A stretch of DNA of 64,000 bases, taken from the NCBI GenBank assembly GCA_050294405.1, contig JBNKOC010000004.1, positions 128,001-192,000 of the forward strand. The letters are read 5' to 3'. Below, one piece after another: positions 49,501-57,936 of the stretch. The stretch's first letter is position 1; the number at the start of each line of letters is the position of its first letter. Source of the DNA: Fibrobacteria bacterium. GTDB lineage: Bacteria > Fibrobacterota > Fibrobacteria > UBA11236 > JADFYW01. Made by a program: the position numbers and the translations under genes. The notes beneath the pieces were generated by a model. That model searched no databases and had not been told where the DNA came from. It saw nothing but the letters and a program-made list of their open reading frames with translations.

Positions 49501-50193
49501 TCAGCCTTTGGTAATCATCCTTTTCTTAAGCTGTTCCAGTTTGTTTGAGCCTCCGGTGCTTCCCAGAGCCGCCTTTGTAGCCGCGGTCAGCTGGTCGGTA
49601 CCGCCTTCTTTCGAGATTTCCGACATAGCGCGGGACTTTTCCAAATCAAAGCTTATTTTCTTTTTGCGTTCCTGAATTCGTTCTAAGGCGCTGGATTTTC
49701 CTAACCCCTGCATTCCAGTACGAGCCTTTTCTGCAGATTTTTTAGCGGCCACCATACTTTTCATAAGACGTAAATCATTATCCGCAGAGCGAGCGGCTTC
49801 CTGTATGGTTCTCAGGTTTTCCCGGGTTTCCATTTCCAACTTGGTTTGCTCAATCAGCTGCTGGTTAAGCAGTTTGATATTCTCTTCTTCCCTTTCGGCT
49901 TCCATTGCATTTTGCTGAGCCAGGTTGTTTTTATCTTCAGGGTCTTTAGATAAAAGCGCCATGGCATTGTTCTCATAGCTTTCCATGCGATTTTGCCCGG
50001 CTTTAATATCTCTTTGCAAGCTCACAATACTGGCCTTGATTTCAGCAAGAGCCTCCAGAACCTTTGCTTCGTCTTTTTTGAGGGCTACCAAATCACCTTT
50101 AGTCAATTCAACTTCTTTCCCACTTTCCAGCTTTTCCAACATTTCATTTGCGCTGGCAGAGCCCAATCTGAATAGTCTCGAAAAAAATCCCAT
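49501..50193 (-). CDS. PspA/IM30 family protein
   Basis: MGFFSRL amphipathic start, long coiled coil, LEQLK C-terminal helix. Confidence 0.82.
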   Translation of the reverse strand: MGFFSRLFRLGSASANEMLEKLESGKEVELTKGDLVALKKDEAKVLEALAEIKASIVSLQRDIKAGQNRMESYENNAMALLSKDPEDKNNLAQQNAMEAEREEENIKLLNQQLIEQTKLEMETRENLRTIQEAARSADNDLRLMKSMVAAKKSAEKARTGMQGLGKSSALERIQERKKKISFDLEKSRAMSEISKEGGTDQLTAATKAALGSTGGSNKLEQLKKRMITKG

Positions 50194-50206
50194 GTTATTT
50201 TACTCC

Positions 50207-50620
50207 TTATATTGCCAGTGATTTAGCCAGCTCGTCCGAAGACTGAAACAAAGTTACAATTAATGATTTACAGCTGGCTTCCAGTTCGTTGGAATCCAGG
50301 TTTTCAATTTCAAGGTTGCCTTTTAAAATAAGTTGGTTACCATCTAATCCGAAGGCTACATGAACAATTTTTGAATTCATTTGTAATAAGAATTTAAAAA
50401 AATCGCTGTCCACATTCCCTTTTAACTCGGCAATATCTGCCCTCAAAAACAGCAAACTCTCTTCTACATCCACAGTAAATTCAACCCCAGTTTCAGGCTC
50501 AGACACCAAAAACAAGTCCTCCCTCAAGGTCTTTACCGCTAAGCCGGGAATTTCAATTAACATTTTTTTGACCTTCATGCAGTTTTGTCTTTCTGCTTCG
50601 GTCATTGCTCCTTCTGCCAT
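50207..50620 (-). CDS. CesT/YbjN-like chaperone-fold protein
   Basis: LLQMN..IVH.AFGLD and LEIENLD.NELEAS pattern; directly upstream of pspA. Confidence 0.7.
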   Translation of the reverse strand: MAEGAMTEAERQNCMKVKKMLIEIPGLAVKTLREDLFLVSEPETGVEFTVDVEESLLFLRADIAELKGNVDSDFFKFLLQMNSKIVHVAFGLDGNQLILKGNLEIENLDSNELEASCKSLIVTLFQSSDELAKSLAI

Positions 50621-50656
50621 ATTTCTCCTTTTTTGGGTAATTGCGATGCCCTACTC

Positions 50657-51523
50657 TTAGTTGGTTTCGGACAAATATTGGTACAATTCGCTTTTAGGAG
50701 AAATGACCAAAGTAGTGCCTGAATCAAGAGTATTTCTATAAGTTTGTAAGGTTCTCCAAAAACTGTAAAATTCAGGATCCTGAGAAAAGGCATTGGCGTA
50801 AATTTCAGCTGAAAGGGCTTCTGCCTTACCTCTGATTTCCTGGGAAGTTTTATAGGCTTCCGCCTGAATTATACGCACTTGTTTGTCGGTTTCAGAAATT
50901 ATTCCAATGCTTTCTTCTTTTCCCTGGGATCGATAAAAAGCAGCTTCTTTATACCGTTCACTTTTCATTCTTTCAAAAAGCCTTTCCTCATTGCTTTTAG
51001 GCAACTGCACTTTTTTAAAACGTATATCACCAATGTTCACTCCCAAGAATTTGGAATTGCGGTTGGCAATTTTCAAAGACTCCCGGATGACTTCTTCCTG
51101 TTTTCCCGAAACAATATCACTAAGTGTGGTATTGCCCAAAACATCCTTAACTGCGTCGTGAACAATACTTTCCAGACGGTTATTGGCTGTTTTGACATTT
51201 CCCACAGAGTTACGGAAAAGCACCACGGAATCAATTTTCCATTTGAAATAATTGTCTATAATCAGGTTCTTTTTGTCGAGTGTCACAATAGCTTCAGGAG
51301 ATGCGTCCCAGGACTGTACTTTAGCAGGAAACAAATACAACTCTTCAATACCGGGAATTCTAAACCCCACTCTCCAGTTTTCTTCGTATACAACAGATAC
51401 AACCTCACCCAACCTTGTTTTAATAGCGTATTGGGTTTCATCCACGATATATACCACCTTTGCAATATATAACGCGGGCAAGAGCAAAATAACAACAGCC
51501 AATATGATAAGTAATTTTTTCAT
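50657..51523 (-). CDS. hflC: FtsH modulator HflC
   Basis: TM, T.DKKNL..D, RMKSER, IYANAF.QDPEFY.F.R.LQ.Y. Confidence 0.93.
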   Translation of the reverse strand: MKKLLIILAVVILLLPALYIAKVVYIVDETQYAIKTRLGEVVSVVYEENWRVGFRIPGIEELYLFPAKVQSWDASPEAIVTLDKKNLIIDNYFKWKIDSVVLFRNSVGNVKTANNRLESIVHDAVKDVLGNTTLSDIVSGKQEEVIRESLKIANRNSKFLGVNIGDIRFKKVQLPKSNEERLFERMKSERYKEAAFYRSQGKEESIGIISETDKQVRIIQAEAYKTSQEIRGKAEALSAEIYANAFSQDPEFYSFWRTLQTYRNTLDSGTTLVISPKSELYQYLSETN

Positions 51524-52470
51524 AATTTCTTAAGAGGTAGAATATTGGCAGAGTTAGAATTTGGATCTACAATTATTTTGTTTATTTTGGGCAAGACCTC
51601 ATCCATAGTTTCCAGATAGAGTCTTTTGCGGGTTACTTTTTTGTACTTGGTATATTTATCTAAAATTTGAGTGAATCTGGCAGAATCGCCCTGAGCCCTG
51701 GCCACCACGCTTTCTGCATAGCCCTTGGCTTCTTCAATTTGCTTACGGGCGTTACCTTTAGCCTCAGGCAATTTTTGATTGGCATAACGCTGGGCATCCA
51801 GATATGCTTTACCTGAATCCTGCTTGGCGTTTTCCACATCTTCAAAGGCTTCGATAACTTGTCTGGGGTTCACCGCCTTTACAAATTGCACACGTCTTAC
51901 CTTTATTCCCAGCTTATACTCTTCTACCAGAGATTGAATTTTCTTTTGAATTTCGTCGACGATTTCTCTTTTTCGCTCCGTTAAAGCATCGTCAATGGTG
52001 TAAAGGCCCACAACCATTCTCATAGCGGATTCGGAAATTTGTCGCATAGCCAAATCCGGATCGTCTACCTCCAGCAAATACTGAGCAGGGTCTGATATGA
52101 AATAGTTTACTACCATTTCTAAATCAACCAGATTTCCGTATTTGGTAAGGGTTAAAGCTTCCCTCTCCAAATGGATTTTTTGGCCTATTTCGTCTTCTTT
52201 AAAACCAATATTTATTTTTTTATCGCTGATAACATCTACGATATAAACTTTTTCAATTGGAAAAGGTAAGCGGAAATGCCAGCCGGGGGTCAGGATTTTG
52301 CCCCTGTATGTGCCTGCCTGAAGAACGACACCCCGTTCGTAATCTTCAAGCTGAATGTAAAAAGATTTCCAGAAATAAAGGCCGAGCCCTACAATAATAG
52401 CAACCAGTGCAATAGGCAGTGCTTTTTTAATTTCGTCGCTTATTGCGTTTGTGTTTTTGGGTGATGCCAT
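51520..52470 (-). CDS. hflK: FtsH modulator HflK
   Basis: PGWH..LPFPIE, V..AF.DV..A.QD, A.G...RF and TRKRLYLET motifs. Confidence 0.93.
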   Translation of the reverse strand: MASPKNTNAISDEIKKALPIALVAIIVGLGLYFWKSFYIQLEDYERGVVLQAGTYRGKILTPGWHFRLPFPIEKVYIVDVISDKKINIGFKEDEIGQKIHLEREALTLTKYGNLVDLEMVVNYFISDPAQYLLEVDDPDLAMRQISESAMRMVVGLYTIDDALTERKREIVDEIQKKIQSLVEEYKLGIKVRRVQFVKAVNPRQVIEAFEDVENAKQDSGKAYLDAQRYANQKLPEAKGNARKQIEEAKGYAESVVARAQGDSARFTQILDKYTKYKKVTRKRLYLETMDEVLPKINKIIVDPNSNSANILPLKKL

Positions 52471-52680
52471 GCTTTAATTATTTGAGTTTAAAAATTAATA
52501 AAATTCCCCGGCCTTCGGTGCCCTTTCCATTAGATTTGCAAATAATGTACAAGACCTGGGCCAAGGCAGCAAGTACCGGGTAATTGTTTGGCATAAGCCG
52601 TTTCAAAACAGGAACTTTTTTTTTAAATATATGAAACCTTTCAGTGGAGAAACTTTCCTGAACCCACAGGACAAAAAGCA

Positions 52681-54594
52681 ATGTCAGATATCATACGCGA
52701 AGAATGCGGCTTAGCATTAATACGTCTCAGAAAACCCCTTTCTTACTACCAGGAAAAATACGGTACGCCGCTTTGGGGACTATATAACCTGTTTCTCCTT
52801 ATGGAAAAGCAGCACAATCGCGGTCAGGATGGAGCTGGCGTGGGAGCACTCAAGTTGGATGTTACTCCCGGAAAACCGTATATGTTTCGGGAACGAAATA
52901 TCGAAGCCAATCCGCTGGATAAAATTTTCCACAAAGTATTTAACAATTACAACCGCTTAACAGACCAGGGAATTGTAAGGGAAGAAGACACGGAATCCAT
53001 TAAAAATCATTTTGACTTTGCCGCGGAAATTTACATGGGGCATTTGCGTTATGGCACCAGCGGTGGTTATAACATTAGTTCCTGCCACCCCTATTTTCGT
53101 AAAAATAACTGGCCCACCAGAAATCTCATGTTGGCCGGTAACTTTAACATGACCAACACTTCCGAGTTAAATTACCAGTTAATCGAACGCGGGCAACACC
53201 CCGTGTTTGATACAGATACCCAAACTCTATTAGAAGAAATTGGCTATCATCTGGATCAAGGGCATGACAAACTTTTTAAAAAGTACAAAAGCCAGGAAGG
53301 CGATGGAGCGGCCATTGCCAACCGGATTAGTGAAGAACTAAACCCTGCGAAATTGCTGCGAAAATCTTGTCAAAATTGGGACGGCGGTTTTGCCCTGGTT
53401 GGTATTATTGGAAATGGCGATAGCTTTGCATTTAGAGATCCAAGGGGTATACGGCCTCTTCATTATTACATCAACGATGAAGTAGTGGCCTTTGCCTCAG
53501 AACGCGCCCCGCTTCTTACTGTTTTTAATATCAACCAAGAAGATGTGGAAGAAGTAAATCCAGGCGAAGCGGTGATTATGAAATATGATGGCAGCTTTTA
53601 CAAAAGCCAGGTGGACAAGCCCTATAAAAAAACCCATTGTTCTTTTGAACGCATCTATTTTTCCAGAGGCAATGACCCGGATATCTACCAGGAAAGAAAA
53701 GATATGGGTGCAGCCCTCTTAGACCAAATTCTAAAAGTTTCCAAAAACGACCCCAACAAAATTGTTTACTCCTTTATTCCCAATACAGCTGAAATCGCCT
53801 ACTACGGTCTTATGAATCGCATTCGCGAACACCAAAGGGAGCTCATTAAAAAAGAAATTCTGGAGATGTCCAATAAGGAACCCTTAAACCAAATCACTCT
53901 GGATAGCATATTTGATAAATACAGCGCCAAGCTAGAAAAGGTTACATTGAAGGATATCAAATTGCGTACCTTTATCAGTCAGGAAAAAGGCCGGAATAAA
54001 TTAGCCTCTCATGTATATGACATTAGCTATGGCTCGGTCCCCCCGGATCACACCCTGGTATGTGTGGACGATTCCATTGTAAGAGGAACTACTTTAAAAA
54101 AATCGATTATTCAAATCCTCTCCAGACTAAATCCGAAAAGAATTGTTATTGCATCCACAGCACCACAAATCCGCTATCCGGATTGCTATGGAATTGATAT
54201 GTCTCAATTGGAAAAATTTATCGCCTTTCAGGCGGTGCTGGAGCTTTTAAAAGAGCACGGTAAAGAAGGCCTTATTAAAGAAGTGTACGATGAGGCCAAG
54301 GAGCTTTTAGCAGGACCAACAGATAAATTATCCAATCCGGTTACCAAATTGTATTCCAGCTTTAAAACCACAGAAATATCCAAAAAAATATCTCAGTTGG
54401 TTACTCCAAATTTGCCCGATTGGGATGGGGATGTAGCCATAGTTTTCCAGAAAATCGAAAACCTCCACAAATGCCTGAGAGTCCCTTGTGGAGACTGGTA
54501 TTTTACTGGAAAATACCCCACAACCGGCGGGTACCGAGTGGTAAACAAAGCCTACTGCAATTTTTACGAAAATAAAAATCACCGCAGCTATTGA
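52681..54594 (+). CDS. purF: Amidophosphoribosyltransferase (long form)
   Basis: EECG, QHNRGQDG, GHLRYGT and VDDSIVRGTT motifs. Confidence 0.95.
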   Translation: MSDIIREECGLALIRLRKPLSYYQEKYGTPLWGLYNLFLLMEKQHNRGQDGAGVGALKLDVTPGKPYMFRERNIEANPLDKIFHKVFNNYNRLTDQGIVREEDTESIKNHFDFAAEIYMGHLRYGTSGGYNISSCHPYFRKNNWPTRNLMLAGNFNMTNTSELNYQLIERGQHPVFDTDTQTLLEEIGYHLDQGHDKLFKKYKSQEGDGAAIANRISEELNPAKLLRKSCQNWDGGFALVGIIGNGDSFAFRDPRGIRPLHYYINDEVVAFASERAPLLTVFNINQEDVEEVNPGEAVIMKYDGSFYKSQVDKPYKKTHCSFERIYFSRGNDPDIYQERKDMGAALLDQILKVSKNDPNKIVYSFIPNTAEIAYYGLMNRIREHQRELIKKEILEMSNKEPLNQITLDSIFDKYSAKLEKVTLKDIKLRTFISQEKGRNKLASHVYDISYGSVPPDHTLVCVDDSIVRGTTLKKSIIQILSRLNPKRIVIASTAPQIRYPDCYGIDMSQLEKFIAFQAVLELLKEHGKEGLIKEVYDEAKELLAGPTDKLSNPVTKLYSSFKTTEISKKISQLVTPNLPDWDGDVAIVFQKIENLHKCLRVPCGDWYFTGKYPTTGGYRVVNKAYCNFYENKNHRSY

Positions 54595-54673
54595 TGGCGC
54601 TTGCCTTTCCTTTATGGGAAAATAAATATTAATACAGGGCTATTTGCCCCCATTAATTTTATAAGGAGCCAAC

Positions 54674-55981
54674 ATGATTCCAAAGGCTGACTCAGAATTT
54701 TTTAAACGCCTTGAAGTAGCATACGAACCAGACAACATATACTTTCAAACCATATCCGCCGTATTACAGACTGCGGATATGATGAAGCTGCCCAATAGCA
54801 TACAGTTAATTTTATCCCAACCAAAAAATGAAATCATGGTGCACTTTCCCGTTAAAATGGACGATGGTACCTATAGAACTTTTAAAGGTTATAGGGTGCA
54901 ACACAATAATTTGTTGGGCCCATACAAAGGTGGAATCCGATTCCATCATGAAATTAGCTTGGACCACATCAAGTCTCTTTCTGTATTAATGACCATGAAA
55001 TGCGCTTTAATGCAGTTGCCCTTTGGAGGGGCGAAAGGAGGGCTAAAATTAGATCCGGGCAGCCTCTCCTCCTCTGAAATGATGCGCCTCACACGTCGCT
55101 TTACATCGGCGCTTGGTACTAACATTGGCCCCGATTACGACATTCCCGCCCCGGATATGGGCACCAATGCTCAAATTATGGCCTGGATATCCGACACATA
55201 CATGAATATTTCTCCCGGAGGAAACAGGCTGGAGGCCAGAGGGGTTGTTACAGGTAAACCCCTTGTATTTGGAGGATCGCAGGGGAGGGAAAAAGCAACC
55301 GGGCAAGGAGTGGTTAACATTCTGGAGGAGCTTCTTCCTGAAATGGGTTTTGATATATCCAATGTTACATATTCTGTTATAGGTTTTGGAAATGTGGGTT
55401 CTTGGACAGCACGCATATTATCTTCCCACGGCGCACGTCTTAACGCAGTCCTGGACCATACGGGAGCCATTGCCAATCCAGCAGGAATTAATGCGGAAGA
55501 ATTGGCTGAATACGTAAACCGCAGAAAAGGGGTGGAGGGTTTTAAAGGAGCTAAGGCTATAAGCGAAGAGGACTTTTACAAGTCCAAAGTGGATTTATGC
55601 ATACCTGCGGCATTAGAACAAATGATAGATGAAAAAAAAGCCAAACTGCTTGAATGTAAAGCCTTAATCGAAGCGGCCAATGCTCCCTGTACTCCCCAGG
55701 GAGAAAGGGTTTTGCTCAGTAAGGGAATTCAAATCCTTCCGGCTATTTTATGTAATGCAGGAGGAGTAACTGTTAGCTATTTTGAATGGAAGCAAAACCG
55801 CCAGGCCGAAGTTTGGGACCTGGAAGAGGTGGATGCCAAGCTTAAAAAGATGATGGCCTCCGCCGCCAAAAGAACTAAAGTAAATGCAGCTAAATACAAA
55901 TGCGATTTGCGAACCGCGGCCTATGCCACAGCCCTCGATCATATTGGAAAGGTGTACGAGTTAAGGGGTATTTTCCCTTAA
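54674..55981 (+). CDS. gdhA: Glutamate dehydrogenase (Glu/Leu/Phe/Val family)
   Basis: GPYKGGIRF, GGAKGG, DIPAPD and GFGNVG motifs. Confidence 0.92.
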   Translation: MIPKADSEFFKRLEVAYEPDNIYFQTISAVLQTADMMKLPNSIQLILSQPKNEIMVHFPVKMDDGTYRTFKGYRVQHNNLLGPYKGGIRFHHEISLDHIKSLSVLMTMKCALMQLPFGGAKGGLKLDPGSLSSSEMMRLTRRFTSALGTNIGPDYDIPAPDMGTNAQIMAWISDTYMNISPGGNRLEARGVVTGKPLVFGGSQGREKATGQGVVNILEELLPEMGFDISNVTYSVIGFGNVGSWTARILSSHGARLNAVLDHTGAIANPAGINAEELAEYVNRRKGVEGFKGAKAISEEDFYKSKVDLCIPAALEQMIDEKKAKLLECKALIEAANAPCTPQGERVLLSKGIQILPAILCNAGGVTVSYFEWKQNRQAEVWDLEEVDAKLKKMMASAAKRTKVNAAKYKCDLRTAAYATALDHIGKVYELRGIFP

Positions 55982-56047
55982 AAAAATTGGGCATCGCTTC
56001 GGTTCCGCTTCGCGCGCTTTGTCTGAAGTCGCTACCCTCAATTTTTA
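55982..56047. repeat. Short relative of the 17837 element between convergent genes
   Basis: AAAAATTGGG...TCGCTTCGGTTC...TCAATTTTTA, in the same order as the reverse complement of 17837-17946. Confidence 0.6.
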
Positions 56048-57301
56048 ATTGGTTTTTTTAATTGAAGGGTACGCTAACTCCGGGTTTTCCATAAAAAGGG
56101 AAGCTGGTAAACGGTTTCCCTTTTTGGATTTGAGCCTTCGCTTTAACACAAAGTCAAAAAGCAAAGGATTGTACCCATATATTTCATCCAGTGCTTCCGC
56201 TTCCATGGAAGTTAAAAGGCCTCCATTTACAAAGCGATTGGTGGATACAATAAAATTAAAGCCAGGCAAAGGATAATCGCTGCCATTGACCAGTCGACTA
56301 TGCCAATGTTTATTATCGAGAATCGTTTCAACAACATCTAATTTTCGGTTGAACTGGGTGGTGGCAGATATATCTCCAAAAAGCAACCCAACATAGGCTG
56401 AATCCTCCATCATCCGTGCAAATAAATCAAAGCAAGGCACTTCATTTTTATTTTCGCTTTCAAAATCCGTACATTGGCCTAAGCTGGCGCAGTGGCCCAT
56501 AATTACCTTTACTCCCAGAGATAGAGGGTATTTAAAGCGAAGGGGATTCCCATAGCTTTGGTATTCTTCCGCCTCCACTGCCTTCTCTATTCCGGTATGA
56601 CTGAGCAATACCATGTTGTGTTTTTTAAGGGCTTCATAATAAGGCAACAGCTTTTTATCGTCGGGTTGGATACCCATAGCATTGGGCAACCATTTAATAA
56701 TGCGCACTCCAGCCTTTGCCAATATATCTAATTCTTCCAGATAGTTTTTTTTATAAGGATGTACGGAACCAACTGCAAAAAATCGATCTGGATACTTTCC
56801 CACTAACTCCAACATTCTCTTGTTTGAAAGATAAAACTCTGTTAAATCCAGTTTTTCTTCTCCCATAGGAGTATAAAATTTATCAAAGGCTAAAATCCCC
56901 AATTTTCCATGGGGTTCCATATCCTTGGAAAGATCCACCAGTCTTTTCCAAAATTGGCTATCTACGGAATCTTTGGAGTTTACTCCCGAGGCGCTGAGAT
57001 AAAACTCATAAGTTAGCCTTCCAACGGGATGAAAACCTTCTCTGAACTTTGAGTTAATATAACTGTCTTCTCCAAACTCGCCATTGCCCACAACATGCAC
57101 GTGGTAATCCCTATACATACCCGAATCAATATCTAAAAAGGCACTGTCTAAAATTTGCAACGCATAAGGAGATAAGTTAGCCCTAAGCTCTTCTGGGGAA
57201 CCTTTAAAATTCCCTGCCATGTATTTTATTAAAAAGGAGGGAGCCATAGCCTGTGAAACGGCTACAAAAGCCATTAATACCAACCCTTTAAGCCTCAACA
57301 T
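56045..57301 (-). CDS. Exported amidohydrolase (Amidohydro_2-like)
   Basis: Signal peptide from ATG 57301; DYHVH, SHTG, GHC and NGSDYP motifs. Confidence 0.85.
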   Translation of the reverse strand: MLRLKGLVLMAFVAVSQAMAPSFLIKYMAGNFKGSPEELRANLSPYALQILDSAFLDIDSGMYRDYHVHVVGNGEFGEDSYINSKFREGFHPVGRLTYEFYLSASGVNSKDSVDSQFWKRLVDLSKDMEPHGKLGILAFDKFYTPMGEEKLDLTEFYLSNKRMLELVGKYPDRFFAVGSVHPYKKNYLEELDILAKAGVRIIKWLPNAMGIQPDDKKLLPYYEALKKHNMVLLSHTGIEKAVEAEEYQSYGNPLRFKYPLSLGVKVIMGHCASLGQCTDFESENKNEVPCFDLFARMMEDSAYVGLLFGDISATTQFNRKLDVVETILDNKHWHSRLVNGSDYPLPGFNFIVSTNRFVNGGLLTSMEAEALDEIYGYNPLLFDFVLKRRLKSKKGNRLPASLFMENPELAYPSIKKTN

Positions 57302-57309
57302 AGAAATCT

Positions 57310-57936
57310 CTAGCGAGCAAAGCCCCTGTGGATCCGCATAATTGAATTCCACAAATGGGATACATTTTCTTCTAAAGTTTCTTTATCGGAGTTATTTTCA
57401 ATGATAAAATCCGCAGCTTTGATATAATCTTCTCTTTGAGCCTGGTTGCGAAGGCGGGCTTCCACTTCCTCCCTGGTCCAAATACCTTTGCTAAGGAGCC
57501 GTTCCATTCTGATTTCCGGGTGGGCGTCCACTACCAAAACGGCATCCACCTGGTATTGCCCCCCGGATTCCACTAATATGGCCGCCTCCCTCACATACAT
57601 TGGCAATTTTTTAAGACTGGCCTGCCGTTTTTTTTCTTCAAACTCCAGATGAACTAAGGGATGGACCCATTCATTCAAAGCCTTTAATTTTTCGGGGGAT
57701 TTAAAAGCCAGTTGGGAAATATGGGGCCTGTTTAGACGTCCATCAGGCAAATAAGCATTTTCTCCAAAAACACTTTGGACGGCGCGTCGCAACTCCAAAT
57801 TTTCTTCCATAATGCGCCGGGCTTCCAGATCTGCATAAAAGACCTCAGCCCCGTGTTTTTCCAGTAAATGGCAAACTTCTGTTTTACCAGCCCCCATGCC
57901 GCCAGTGACACCTAAAAAATAAGTGGAATCATCCAT
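57310..57936 (-). CDS. coaE: Dephospho-CoA kinase
   Basis: GVTGGMGAGKT, AD, LN..VHP; follows polA. Confidence 0.95.
   Translation of the reverse strand: MDDSTYFLGVTGGMGAGKTEVCHLLEKHGAEVFYADLEARRIMEENLELRRAVQSVFGENAYLPDGRLNRPHISQLAFKSPEKLKALNEWVHPLVHLEFEEKKRQASLKKLPMYVREAAILVESGGQYQVDAVLVVDAHPEIRMERLLSKGIWTREEVEARLRNQAQREDYIKAADFIIENNSDKETLEENVSHLWNSIMRIHRGFAR

Noticed and set aside
50879..51472. 197-aa plus-strand ORF and the many similar short overlapping ORFs in the track
   Set aside because: Antisense or off-frame shadows of well-supported genes, with no motifs of their own.
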